A stretch of DNA of 63,105 nucleotides, the filler included, from Nemertoderma westbladi (taxonomy: Eukaryota > Animalia > Xenacoelomorpha), in the NCBI GenBank assembly GCA_032718475.1. It is 4 parts of 4 records of this genome, joined end to end, with 100 filler letters (N's around TTAATTAATTAA, not from the genome) between each part and the next. Parts side by side here need not be neighbours in the genome. Positions count along the whole stretch, not along the records: positions 1 to 24,327 come from JAUCBJ010003617.1; 3 more parts are not named here. One strand, written 5' to 3'. A program made the translations under genes and the position numbers. The notes below the pieces were generated by a model. The model did no database searches and was not told the DNA's origin. It saw only the letters and a program-made list of their open reading frames with translations. Below are positions 10,176-23,583 of the stretch, in pieces (position 1 is the first letter of the stretch; every line of letters starts with the position of its first letter).

Positions 10176-12595
10176 CATGAGGTTTATATTTGACTTTCTA
10201 ACACTAAGATGGTAGCTAGTAATTTTGATTTAGTACTTTATATGGGAACAGTTCCGTATGCAGTCGCATTTTCTATAAGACTTTTACGAAATATATAGGC
10301 ATATTATATTATGACTAATCTAGAACTAAATTACCATCGTTGACTTCCTCACAACAATTTTCAAAAAAATGTTGTGTTCTAGAACACAATATTAACTAAT
10401 TTCTGAACAATTGCTAGCGCTAATACAAAATAAAGGTATATTTTTTAAATTAGCTATATGTTCTAGAACATTATATTTGTATTTTATTTATGTTCAAGAA
10501 TAGTATATTACTTTTCTATTGTAATAGAACTCTTCAACGTTGCCATTACTGTAACAATGATGTATGTTTTAAAAATGGGGTGCTATATGGAAATCTAGCC
10601 TAAAAAAAGTAAAAAAAACTAGCTTAAGTATAAAAATTGTGTTCTAGAACAAAAATATTTTTCAAAATTGATAGCCAAGACGTGTTCTATAATATTTGTA
10701 ATATACAGTATTAACAAAAACTAGCTAGTATAAAATGTTAATATTTAATAAATTATGTTTTTAAAAATTACTAGCTAGTCGATTAATTAATGTTCTAGAA
10801 CACAATATTGTTTTTGAAAAATGTTGCAATGAAGTCAGTTAGTTGTGGTGATATTACAGTACTATGCAAAAAGTACATCATTTAATTAATTAATATCAAA
10901 ATATCAAATGCGACTGCATAGGGAACTCCAGCTGTCTAGCCCTTTAGGACTATATTAGAGAGTGAAAAAATAAAAATTGAAAATTTCAACAAATATTGAC
11001 CAATTTTTAAATTGTGTAAATTGCTTTTATTGCAGTATTTATTAGCTACCATTAACTTTACTAGCTATCATCATAATTTAATTAAAAAATTTCAAAAATA
11101 TATAAAAAAATTATTTTCATGCTTTTTAAATACAAACCAGGCTTTTGTCTAAAAAGTGTTCTAGAACAAAAAATAATTGTTGTAGATAATTAATTTTTTC
11201 AAAATAATGTAGCTAACATGTTCTGGTACATTTCAAAAAAGGAAATCATCAAAAAAATAGCTAGTAGATAATATTTGGTGGGGTGTGTACGCATACTGAA
11301 CGTGTACCCATTTTTACTACTGTAGGCCTTCTATTTTTTTTATTTTTTTTACCTGGAATTTTACCTATAATATCTAGGCCTATATATTAATTATCAGAAC
11401 AAAAAATACTAACAAAACTACTATCTCTAATAAAATTTGTAACAGAGAATAGATATGTCATGAATATAAAGTAAAACATTCTAGAAAATAACCTCTATAG
11501 TAAAAAATTTACTTAAACTCTAATAATTCAAAACAAATTGGTACCAAAATGCAGGAATGCCGTTTGCTTATTGTGCTACATGCCCAGATATTCTTAGTTC
11601 TCACTAGCCGAGGAATATATTTTTTATGTGGGGCGAGCCACGAAAGTAAGCGAGCTTAGCATATGGGTAACACTAACTTAATCGATGTTGATCTGTTATG
11701 TTCCAACTTTAAACGTTAATAACTCAGCCAATCTTCGATGAAATCTAACCAAACTTGGTACACATGTTGTTTGGCAAAAGTTAATAAATTTTGAATTGTT
11801 GAATTTGCGTGTGGCCTTCGAGAAGATAAGATAAATTCAGTTAATCTGTTAATTAAATGGATTAGGGTAAAAACAGCATTTTAAGACTGCCTTTTAATGG
11901 AAATTAATTATTTTACAGTATGAGATATAAATAATTATACTATAATTATTGTCTCTTCGAGAACGGAATATAGGCCTACGGATATAATACCTGAAGCAAA
12001 TTAATACGAAGCAAATTATAGTTATACATGATTTATTTGCTTCAGGTATTATAGCCCTACATAGTATATTCCCTTCTCGAACAGACAATAATTAGTTTAT
12101 CATTTATTCGAGCTTTTTGCTGAGGGTGGGTAAGAAATTAGTTACTTTCATGCGCTGAGTTTTGCTGTACAGTAGTGATTCGCATCGGTACACCTTTGTT
12201 ACCCATAGTTTGACAATTTTTTCATATAAAAAGGCTTTTATCATGAGGTTTTTTTTTCTATAACAAATATTTTACCTTCTGACAATAGGATGGTAGCTAA
12301 TAATTTTGATTTTGTGTTAGCTAGTACTTTTTTTTAGCTAGTGAAAAACATTAAATTTGAAAACATTTCATAATTGTTTTCTTGTGAAAATGGCTATTAT
12401 CAATTTTTTTTTTGTTCTCGAACAAATATTTTACCTTCTGTCAGTAAGATGGTAGCATAATAAGATGGAAATTTCATTTTGTGTTAGCTAGTACATTTTA
12501 TACGATATTAAAATAATAAAACTTATTTATAAAATCAAACACAACTGTGTGTCTGTGTGTTATAAGTTCTAGATTTAAAATACTACAGTTCTAAG

Positions 12596-13064
12596 GCCCC
12601 CCTCACACGGAGCAACTTGTTTCTGCAACTTGTTTCTGAAACTTGTTGCTGGACCCCCTCACACACAGAAACTTGTTGCTGCAACTTGTTTCCGAAACTT
12701 GTTTCTGTGTGTGAGGACTCCAGCAACAAGTTTCTGCAACTTGTTTCCGCAACTTATTTCTGTGTGTGAGTGAGTCCAGCAACAAGTTGCTGGAAGTTAT
12801 ATTCCCAGCAACTTTTTGAAAAACTTTTATTACATTCCATTTTGATACTAGCTAATATTAGATAATTTGAGTGATGTGATATTATATATAAATGACTGGA
12901 CATGTTAGCTATTTATTTGGAAATAATTGTTATTTTCTTCAGCAACAAGTTTCTGTGTGTGAGGGGGTCCAGCAACAAGTTGCTGAAACAAGTTGCAGCA
13001 ACAAGTTTCTGTGTGTGAGGGGGTCCAGCAACAAGTTTCAGAAACAAGTTGCAGAAACAAGTTG
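12596..13064. mobile_element. PIF/Harbinger-like MITE with internal CAGCAACAAGTT repeats, right end truncated
   Basis: TAA then GGCCCCCCTCACAC; ~12610-12700 is the reverse complement of ~12975-13064; the arrays account for the spurious ORFs here. Confidence 0.65.
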
Positions 13065-13079
13065 TCCTATAAGAAAAGT

Positions 13080-14606
13080 CAAAAGATTAATTTTAATTTC
13101 AACAGATATGCTAAAAATAAAAATAAAAGATGTACTGTAGGGAGTCCAAAAACATTATGAAAACCTACATATCTATAGGGGGTACCGGAAGTCCTGCGCC
13201 GTCCTCAAGACCAAGTCCGCTTCACCACTTCATTCTAGAGCCTTGGATGCAGTGGGAAGCTCCTCAAAGAATTGCGAATTGGACCCGACGACGGACCCAC
13301 CCCATGACTGTGCTGTAGGGGTGCTGCCAGGAACGATGGAGTCGGTGAGCGATTATCCGCAGGATCTTATCCGCGTGGGGCGCCAGCACTCCATCACAGG
13401 ACGCAACGAAAGGAGCAAAGTCCTTCCGACGAGCCCAAGCCGCCTCGGCATACAACCTGATCTTCTGGTCTTCGGCAGACTCGATGACTGACATCGGGGT
13501 GCGACCCACGTATGACTCAGCGTCAAGGTTAACCAACCTAATATCAATCAACGCCTGAGTCTGTGGGTTGAAAACACCCCGAACCCCTAAATCACACCGA
13601 AGACCAGCTGTTACATCCGCGGCGCCTCGCTCGTTTAGCATCGGCTCCTGAATAACATTTCGAGGTCCTAATGCCAAGGCCGCTAAATCACCTACGACAT
13701 CGCGCACTTCATTGTGGCGTTGGATCACGAGGCCGCCTTTCTTGCAGTTTAGTCCATGATTGAGATCGAAAGCGGCCCTGGTGGAAGATCCTGGTGGAAG
13801 TCGGTTAAAGGGAGCGTGGATATCCAGCTGCTGGTCTTGTACTCAGCAGCACGTTCCACTACTCTATGGCGCTCCGGTGGCAATGGACCGACGATGTTGT
13901 TAAACCCCTCAACTTCCCTTTCTTTTTGGGCCGCTCGGGCAGACTTTTTAGCTTCCCTGACAGCCTGAGGCTGGCAAGGTGATCTGTTAGGGAAAATCCT
14001 GAATCTCCCTTGATGGCGCTGGAGAGGGGATGTGTGCCGGCCTCTGACACGGTGTACTGGGAGGCTGTCTCGGCTGTGGGGTCCCGGATCCCTAGACCTC
14101 CGTTGCTCGGTGACAGCCCGAACAAACTTCGTTCCAACTGGGTGATATCGCCTCCAATCACAGCTGGAAGGAAGCGGTCGGCGATGGCTTCCTCGAGCAC
14201 ATCAAACAAAGCGGAGCAGTTGGGGGTCACCCGCTGTAGATAGGCCCACTCCCTTTGCAGGGAGCAAGCCATGGCTGCGAATGCAGCGTGGGGCTGGGCC
14301 TCCGCCATCTCCGCCAAATGGTCAACCGACTTGACCGACTCGGCCACTTTGGCTTCCACGAAAACCTGCCGTTCTTCCTCCCCGCCAACAAAACCACCCA
14401 GGAATCGGCACCCTGTCACGATTTTGACCGGGCGGTCGCGGAACACCACCCTAGCCTCATCAACGAACTGTGGCGCTACTACAAGGTTGCACTTTGTGGG
14501 CTCAGGGAAGTAACCCACAGTGGGCCCAATGTGCAGCAGCTCCTCGAACCACTCCAGCAACTTAGCAAGTAAGGCTGCGGCCGCGGAATCGTCGGCGTAC
14601 CAGTTG
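13080..14606 (-). mobile_element. 5'-truncated CRE-clade non-LTR retrotransposon (RT C-terminus, zinc knuckle, restriction-like endonuclease)
   Basis: WYADD, GPTVGYFPEPTKC, GGLGIRDP, HGLNCKKGG..IQRHNEVRD, RCDLGVRG...IDIR, FAPFVASCDG; frameshifted; 16-bp TSD GTCCTATAAGAAAAGT at 13064-13079 and 14607-14622. Confidence 0.88.
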
Positions 14607-16147
14607 GTCCTATAAGAAAAGTATTTATCAAAATCGATAGTTAACATGTGTTCTATAACATTTATAAAAAAAATTTAAAAAACTAGCTAGTATAAATAAT
14701 AAAACATGTGTTCTGTAACAAAAATATTTATCAAAATTGATAGCTAGCACATCTTCTATAACATTTATAAAAATTAAAAAAACTTTGGAAAACTAGCTAG
14801 TATAAAAAATCTGGTCAATGGGTACCCAAGGTGTACCAATGCCACGATTACCATCTCACATTCTTACGAAAGCTTTGTACTACTTGATAAGTGGGAAAAT
14901 CCACACAGACTGATAAGAAAATGACATAAGGAACAAAATCATTATGGAGTGAAATTTAAATTCGTTACGGTAGGTTTAATCTCTCCGAAATCAGTAGGCC
15001 TACAGTACAAAAATGGGGGTTAAGTTTAGCTACTTCCATCGCAGTTCCACATTGCGTAGCAGCGTTTTAAATAAATAGTTTTTTAGTACAATCAATAATT
15101 ACTAGCTAGTATAATCTCATAATATTTCACAATCTGGAATAAATTTATGGTTGAAGTATATATATTACCTCGAAAAATCTGGATTATATGGATATAATAC
15201 TGGTTTGTTGCCCCAGTAAACATGTAATGTGCATTAATTTGTATATAATAAATAGTAATTAACATTTTATATGTTGTTATTATTGTTATATATATATAAC
15301 ATATAATATTGTTATATGCAATTAACATATACATTAATGTGTAAACAAAAAGCGAGAATTAATGATAAACTTAAATATTATACAGCTGTAATCCCCATAT
15401 CCCATTCCATTATACTGTAGTTTTAATTAGTTTCTTATTGATTTAAGAAATGTGTTTTTAATTGATCTAAACGTAATTACTGTAAGTTATCAAAATCCCC
15501 TTTCACTCAATACTTCTTCCTCCATCATTCCTTGGCTTGCTTTCTATTACCTATAGTTGGGAACCAGACCAATCATCTCACCAATACTTGGCAATGGGTA
15601 ATTTCATCTATAGGACACGTTCGTGGGGCCTTCGCGCAGCACGAGGCCCAGTTATGAGATACAAATTAAAATTGAGCGACTGAATCACAAAATCAGTATT
15701 TGAGAAATTTAAATACACCGCCAATCAATCAAAGAAAGGAGGACAGTACGTGTTCAGCCCTTTTAATCTCCCCCCTCCCTCCCACCAACCAATACATAAC
15801 CGCGACATCTACCACCCACGGGGTGGAAGGGTAGCACAAACTTATTTCTAATCGCACGTTCAATATGTGAAGCCATGTGGTTTATTGGAATATAATAAAC
15901 GCAGTCACTTCATTATAAGCCTCATTGCGTTCGTCCTGTTTTGTATTTAAATATATTTCTTAAACGCAGGCTGACGATCTTTATAATAATAATAACTAGG
16001 GATGCGTTCAATATGTGAAGCCAGGTGGTTTATATAATAATATAGTCAACACAGTACTCGTCTTCATTATAAGCCTCGTTGTGCTCGTCCTGTTTTGTAT
16101 TTAAATATCTTTCCTAAACGCAGAATGACGATTTTTATAACTACCAA

Positions 16148-19100
16148 TTCGAAAGAAGCATCACAGAAGATATGAAAGTCTGTTCCATCCTTCTGGAAGT
16201 TTATGCAGCGAGGGATTGAGAACACTGCACTTGACTCAGATACCCAACGCGACCAACACTGCTGGAGTTCAAGAGGCAGTTTGTCATCCCAAGATTTTGT
16301 AAGAATCCAGGCCCGCTGAAGTAGTATACGTGCTTGAAGAACCCATGGGGCAACAATGCCTAGGGGGTCGTAGACCTGAGCCGAAATCTGTAGAATTTCC
16401 CGACGAGTAAATAGGGTAGGAGTTGGAAGATCTGAAGTGTTTACTGAAAGACTGTCGGTAATGGTATTCCAAGTAACCCCAAGAACTCTATCAGGGCAGT
16501 TAAGAACTTTAAGTGTCATACCAGCACCTGCAAGAATTTCTATAGCTGAGTGTAGAAACTCCAGGGCTGAATTATAATCAGGATTACTATGCATTATATC
16601 ATCACAGTAGAGACTGGCAGTGAGTAATCGAAAGAAGTCTAAGCTGGCATTCTCTTTAACATGTCCAAGAATTGTAGAGTGCAGCTCAAAAGGACTAGAA
16701 GTGAGTCCGAAAGGTGTGAAAATAAACTGATATGCTTTACCATCCCAGATAAACTTTGTCCATTGTCGATCATCAGGATCTAGTTCAATGTGGTGGAAAG
16801 CTGCAGCAACATCAGCAACCACAACATACTGATGAAGGCGGTAACGGAGCAGAACATCGACCAAAGAGGCCAATAAGTTGGGCCCTGGATCGAGACATGA
16901 GTTAAGACTGATACCTTTGGCATCCTGAGCAGAGCCATTAAAGACTACTCGACGTTTCTCTTTATGAATTGCAAGGTGGTGAGATAAGTAAAACCCAGTA
17001 TGCTGTGGAGTAGTTGCGAGTTCGATGACTCCATCAGCCTGAAGTTTAACCATCTTCTCATTATATATTGCCCAGTCATTAGGAGAGAGGCGGGCGAGAA
17101 GTCGTGGTTGTATAGCAGCAACTCTAGAGAAATTACATTGGGGCCTGCGATGTCCAATGAATGGAAGCTGCACTCGGTAGTGTGGTGGTCGATCAGGGGA
17201 CCGGGTGGGTGGGGGAAGTTCCAGAGGGGAAACATCCTGAACTCGAACGCCAACTGAGTCCAAATCCCATATTTGTTGAAGATCAGAGAGGTCACTAATG
17301 GCTAGAATTGGTGAGGGAGAGCCAACAGCACGTTGACTATAATAAGGTCCAGAAAAGATACGACCAAAGTAAGTCTCAACAACTATAGGACAATCTGAAT
17401 AGCCGACAGTGTGACCTGTAACGTTCCAAATTTGGTCGGCACCAATAATAAGAGCAATATCCCGTTCTCCACCATCAAAATTATCAGCCCAATGGCCGAA
17501 GTTAGCAATGGTGGGAGGCAGAGTGGAGAGATATTCTTGTCGCATGGTAGGACATAGTTTTTCAGCAGTCCAGTAACAGGTTCTGAGAAATACTGACTGA
17601 ATAATTGAAACTGAATGAGAGAACGTTCTTCTGTGGTCATTGTATCGTCAAATGAACCTGTAGTCATTGTCCATGTTTCAAGACATGGTAACTTATAGTC
17701 ACGAACAAAGGAAGTTTTAATATAGGACCGTTTGGATCCATCATCGAGGTAGACATAAATCCAACAACCAGAATCTGGTCTAGACCCGGGTGAAGTTAGA
17801 TATGCACGAGCCAGTTTTACAAAGACTTTACAATCTGTGTGAGTCTGTTCAGGCCGAACCTGTAGCACAGATAGTACAGTTGAATTGCCAGGATTACCTG
17901 TATTCGGGATATAGACGCTACTGGAAGGGGGAACAGAGGGTACAGGAATAGTGTTTAACTTATTGTGTGAGGGTACTGGAGACAATGTGGAACCAGATTG
18001 TTGAACACCAGAATGACCTCTATTAGTTCGATTACGAAGTGAAGACTTCGAGAAACACAGTAGTGTATGGTGACGCCTATCGCAGTTAGTACATTGGCGT
18101 TTGGATTGACAGTCACTGACAGGGTGTAGACCAAAGCAGTTAATACACTGTAGAGCAGAGCGTACAATAGTAGCACGTGCTGAAGGTGTTTTAGCCAAAA
18201 AGGTAGCACAATTTTTATATAAATGGGCTGGAGCATGACAAGCAGGACATTTGGACACTGACTCACTCACAGGAAGTGCAACCGAAGTACCAGTTTGGCC
18301 ACGAGGAGTAAACCCACAGGCATGTGCAGTGTTGTAGTTCGGAGGTGCTGGAATCGTAATTGATGCTGTACGAGCAGATCTAGAGTTAGAGTTTAATGTA
18401 AAGAGAAGCGATTCCTGCGATTCCAGTTCCGTAAATACAAACTTTAGTAGACTATCGAGGTTAAACCGCTCATCGAGGCTGTTTCTATTCCACAACAGAA
18501 CAGTTTCGTGTGGAAGTTTCTGGAGCAGAAGTGGTGCCAGGATAAGCGAGGTTATATCTGTAGATGGCGCATTAGTTGCAGTGGAAGGGTTTATTTCCAA
18601 TGCGAGTGGACGGATTTGTTGAAGGGCTTCATCGAAGGAGTCCATCGTTTGTCGGAAGCAACGGACATCATTATCCTTGATCTTAGGCAATGAACAAAGA
18701 ACACTGGAGTATAAACCAATTAGCAAATAAGGGTTGCCATATCGGCGTTTTAGTCGTGTAAGTGCGACGGCGTAGTTAGATGACGAAATTGAGAGGCCCA
18801 ATAATGCCTCTTTAGCCTCACCTTCGAGGCAACTCTTGAGATAAACAAATTTCTGTACCTCAGGAAGTTTGGCCATATCGTGTATGAGAGCCTTAAACTG
18901 TTCCCAGAAAGGACGCCAGTTAAGATATTCCCCCCCAAAGGAAGGAACAGTTATTTTCGGTAAACCGTGAGTAGGATCATCCGAATGATTTGGCGATGAA
19001 CATCCGGAGCTGCTGTGGTTAGACCTGTTTGAAGAATAATTATTGTCAACGCGTGAGAGTAGTCTCCGAGTTTTAAAGAGAGCCTTATGTAGGTCGCGTT

Positions 19101-19473
19101 CGTATGGAGTGGAGGAGGAGTCATGAAATCCCAACTCGAGGAGTTCCGATTCGATTTCGTTTAGACTCTGCTGCTGTAGTTCCGTGAGTTCTATTTGGTA
19201 GGCGAGGTCATCCGCAACAACTGTTTTCTCATCCATTACGCGAAAAGACTTGAGTTCTGTTATTATGGTACGAGTTTTGCAACGTTCAGCAGCACGGCGT
19301 CTCTGAAGTGCTTTAATCCGGGGATCCAGTGTATCCTCATCTGAGTGATCAGCTATTAGAGTTTCCTCACTGTAATCGTCAGCATCTCTATTAGAAGCCA
19401 CATTGACGAGGATCCGGTTCGAAGAATGTGTGGACTGTATATGTGTATAAAATGAAGAGTAGGTAAACTCCAA
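16148..19473 (-). mobile_element. BEL/Pao LTR retrotransposon gag-pol remnant (gag, CCHC knuckles, protease, RT, start of RNase H; integrase missing)
   Basis: LPKITVPSFGGEYLNWRPFWEQF gag motif; three Cys/His knuckles (CPACHAPAH, CINCFGLH, CTNCDRRHHTLLC); protease YLDDGS; RT ADVAAAF, PFGLTSSPF, LYCDD; Pao-type YDPLG...SWD; RNase H FCDAS then truncated; frame change near 17400-17545; no LTR recognised. Confidence 0.9.
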
Positions 19474-20288
19474 CTATCACGGACCCGAGCATATATAATA
19501 ATAAAATATATATATAGATCAGTTGTAGATATATGTAACAGCAGTTGTTACCGGTACATAACGTTAATACAGCAAGATGCAATATCTGAATAAACAACAT
19601 ACAGCAGTACTCATGGCATGGCACGACGGCGACATGCAGACAGGTATGTGATATAGGTACAGTAGGCACCGGTACCGGTAGGTTAATAACAATAGCTGAA
19701 TAGTCAGACAGTCAAAGGCATGGCCTCTTGTAGGTTATGCAATATATATCCAAAGGCAGGGAGACTGAGTCTCGCACAACTCGTCCCCATGAGCCTGAGT
19801 TATAGTGTGACAATGTAGATGCAGGCAGCAGTTGCACCCGATCAGCTGGAAACTCGGAGCAATAGGCCTACTGCTTGTACAATGCGTGTCAATTTCAGTA
19901 CTGCTGGGCACTGGGTGATGGCAGAGTAAGATTAAAAAAAACAGATAATTTCATTCTCGGCTATGATTAGTCCAGTTTGCCCATAGCGGCAGCGATACCG
20001 AAAGTTGAGGTCAACAGGCAGAGACGGCCTTGTTGGTGAGTTGTTTGAATTCAATTCCAACACTTTTCTGCTGTTCTGGGCAGCTGGGTAGACTCTGGTA
20101 GTGGGTACCTGAATGAACATAGAATGCCGATCAGCTGGTTAGTCCACATAACTTCCATGGTTGCAGTTGCCGAGTCGATGGATGGTTGGTAGGGGTAGGC
20201 CTATTGAAGTATTGGCTATTGTTGTATTGGCAGATTGGTATGTACATCTGCATCTGATTATACCAGTTGCTGGTGCCGTTGGTCGTAC

Positions 20289-21763
20289 CATGGCCTACTA
20301 TATTTATACGACCTAACAGGTCACTTGAACTGGCCTCTTAAAAAGAGGCCAGTTTTTTTAAACAATATTTTGAGATTTTGATATGGGAAGAGTTTTATAA
20401 ATTTTCATTTGCAGCAATTTGGTCAACGGACGTAATTGAAGTCTCCTCATTAAGCAAGATACTAAATTTTATGGTAGCTAGTGTTTTAGCTAGTAATTTC
20501 CACACTGGTTCCGACATCCTACTTCCATTCCTACTATAAATATTTTTTAGTAGCTAGTTTTTATTACTATTTGTATAGAAAATGTTCCAGAACATGTTAG
20601 CTATTAATTTTTAAAAAAAATGTTCTAGAACAAATATTTTTTGTTGTAGAACATTTTTTTGAAAAAAATCTGGATTATGTTTAAAACGCATGGAATCGTT
20701 TTAAAACGTGTTGAAAATCAATAAAAAAAAATTTCGAAATTTTTTTTTTCATCTTCGTAAAGAGAAGGATTAGCCACATTCTCATCTTTGTGTTCCATAT
20801 GGATAAGTATATGGGTAAGATAGAGGTCTTCCTTAAACAACAGTTCCTTTCCGATATGTATGTCTGCGCTGAGACCCATTTAGGGAACCATCTCTCTCTA
20901 ACCCACTGTCTTGGACCGAACTCCCAACTGTTCAGGTGGTCTCAGTTGACTGAAATTGTTGCTGTTGTCAAGCGGGGCGACAAGGATAGATCTGCACTCC
21001 TAAATAAGGCACGGGAGTTTGTCGACTTAGTGATTGCACTCGACAACGGAGCGGTGAAGCGCCATTGCCAACTGGAATTCATTTCCAACCAGCTGCGATT
21101 GCATGTGTCCAAGTCTTTTGGTCAGTCAGACTACCTTTTGGCTGCGCAGGCGTATCCGAAGCTCGCATACTCTACATTGCGGGATTTAATAATACTTCCA
21201 TCGGAGCGGAAGATGAGGTCGCTGAAACAATCTATAACCAGTGACTTGGTTGTTAAAACTGCTCTGAACAAGTCCAAGTTTAAGGAAGTGATTATTATCA
21301 TTGATGAAGTGAAGGTAGTTCCTCGATTACTCTAGGGCCATTAGGCCACACGGACTGTGAACGCTGGGCTGCCGCATACGTAGCGGGATATCTGTTACGT
21401 GTTGTACCAGAACTTGAAAACTCAGAAGATGTAGTGCAAGCGGACAGTACTTTCATTCGAAATCTGTCACGTGGTGGTTTACAACTGCCCTGCCAAGAGT
21501 TGGTGTGGTGGACATTGGCTTCAGCACCCTTCGTTGATCTTGTGCCCCATGGCACTATTCGCTGTCATAAGCAACTTGTTGTAATCATCGATCTAATTGC
21601 CAGCTACTATGATATTTTCCCAAGACCGCCTATAGCCGCGTGTCGTGTTCTAGCTAACACGATTCTAAAAGGCCTGCAGAATATAACCACGGATTCACAT
21701 CAAACTGAGAACAGACGCCATACTGGAGCTCATACCAAACTGGCTCGAATTACGGGAACATAA
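20289..21763 (+). mobile_element. Internally deleted P-element-like transposon (left end plus transposase N- and C-terminal remnants)
   Basis: Terminus CATGGCCTACTA; ORF motifs AYSTLRDLIILPS and IIIDEVKV, then directly AYVAGY and SRGGLQLP; most of the catalytic core is absent. Confidence 0.65.
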
Positions 21764-22129
21764 CATTTCTAGGACTATTTTATAGTAGGATAATTTCTGT
21801 ACCTTTAGAGACTGTTATACTGTATTTCCATTTTTATCACATTTATACTGGTCCCACATATTACTTTTAAAATAAATATGTGATATGTGAATTATACAAT
21901 AACAAAGAAATATACAATAACTTGTAGCCAGAAGGCGATACGAAAGTAAAAAAGGTGAACTTTTTATACGTTGATTTCTTCGGTTACCATAGCCTGGAAG
22001 GATCTCATTTCCACTGTCCAAGTTCGCTCGACCTAGTAGTAGTAGTACCATAGCAACAAACTGTTATTTTGGTTGTCAATAATTCATTGCTGATAGAGCT
22101 TGTTTTAGGCTGCCATAGGGGTAATTTTT

Positions 22130-22310
22130 GGATGTAGGACAATTCGATCCCGGACAATTCGGTCCCGGGAAATTCGGTCCCGGACAATTCGGTCCCGGAC
22201 AATTCGGTCCCGGACAATTCGGTCCCAAAACACTAAATACATGGGACCGAATTGTCCGGGACCGAATTGTCCTAGGACCGAATTGTCCTAGGACCGAATT
22301 GTCCGGTTCC
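22130..22310. repeat. 15-bp tandem array (GGACAATTCGGTCCC) in inverted arrangement, MITE-like
   Basis: About 6 forward units, a short spacer, then about 4 reverse units; source of the spurious GQFGP/GTELS ORFs. Confidence 0.8.
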
Positions 22311-22827
22311 TGATAGCAACTTTTTAGTACTTTTTTGATATTGGTGAATGTTCTAGAACATTAGTAGAGATACTTGTTATGGTAGCTAGTGTTATTTACT
22401 TGCTAGAATTTTTTGAAATTTTAAAAATACTGTATTTTTTTTTATTTTTGTTATTGGTAGTGTTCGAGAACATTATTATATATTATTTATTAAGGTGTAG
22501 CTAGTGTTTTTTTTTACTAGCTAGCATTTCCTTGAAATTATAAAAACACTTGTGAAAACAGTGATATTTCAGAATTAGGCCTAAACTGTTGCTGATTATA
22601 TTAATTACCAACAATATTGATGATATTATAACAGTCCCTGAATGAGATCCAGCCATTATCTAGAATAATAATTTAGGCTTGTTAACCAACCAACAACACA
22701 TACAGTATACATACATACGCAATATATAAAAAAAAATCAGTTTTAAACATTTTAAATACATAGTATTACTAGCTAGTAAATAATTCACAAGCTCCATAAA
22801 AACACGTTCGTGGGGACTTCGCGCAGC

Positions 22828-23410
22828 ACGTAGTCGGCAAGCCTTGGCATACGGTTCATATAGAGCAAATGGGGCATGTCTAGTTTGGACCCAATATCCC
22901 ATGCTATAAATGTATTCATTCGATATACAATCATATGTTAATCCCCTAGGTGGTGTCAAATTGTTATTCTGCAATTTCGTACTTACCAGTGCAGCACTGT
23001 ACAGCAGTACCGTACCGGTAGGCCTATGTCATTACTTCTGAGTCTCTAGCGGATCCCCAATTAAATGTCTTAACTTTTCAATTTCGTAAAAGATAGACTT
23101 CATGATTCTCTACAGGCCACCAAAATTTCAGCTCAGGAAAATGAGGCCTTCCCGAAAAATTTAACATTTTCTAAAAACTACATAATCTGTCGTAGCTGAC
23201 GTCAGACTGCATGATTTTTCACCAACTTTACAAACTTTCTAAACTTTCTCTCTACTACTTACCTACTAAGTTTGGTTCAATTCCGAACCAGCGATGCAGA
23301 GAAATTCGCGTTCAAACATTTACCAGACAGACAGACGGACGGACAGACAGACAGACGGACATGCCCCATTTGCCCTATATGAACCGTATGCCAAGGCTCG
23401 CCGACTACGT
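22828..23410. mobile_element. Non-autonomous element with 53-bp inverted repeats and a (GACA/GACG)n microsatellite, DINE-1/Helentron-like
   Basis: 22828-22880 and 23358-23410 are reverse complements with 2 mismatches; microsatellite at ~23325-23360; related flank motifs at ~11630, ~15615 and ~48945. Confidence 0.5.
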
Positions 23411-23583
23411 GTCTCGCCCCACACCATAGCTACTGTACTATAACTAATAATGTTAATAAAAAAAAAATTTCAGTAAAATTTTTTTATTATTAAAAAAATA
23501 CTAGCTAGTAAAAAAACACTAGCTACCATATAATAATATATATTAAGGTTCTAGAACATTCACCATTATAGTACCAATTAAAT

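Larger units (their letters stand above)
8300..11310. repeat. AT-rich degenerate repeat built from GTTCTAGAAC / CTAGCTAG palindromic motifs (hosts the Merlin insertion)
   Basis: Dozens of TTCTAGAAC and CTAGCTAG units; the same family recurs at 12200-12600, 14610-14820, 20475-20760, 22320-22560 and 23430-23575. Confidence 0.6.
12182..14842. mobile_element. Non-autonomous TIR element of the TTCTAGAAC family, containing two nested insertions
   Basis: GCATCGGTACACCTTTGTTACCCAT (12182-12206) versus ATGGGTACCCAAGGTGTACCAATGC (14818-14842) form an imperfect inverted pair. Confidence 0.5.

Noticed and set aside
17383-17545. Programmed gag-pol frameshift in the BEL element
   Set aside because: BEL elements normally have one ORF, the shift falls within the protease region, and the copy is truncated; more likely a mutation
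20270-20292. CA|TGG as BEL 5' LTR end and primer-binding site
   Set aside because: The adjoining sequence is the P-like terminus also present at 7571-7754, not an LTR
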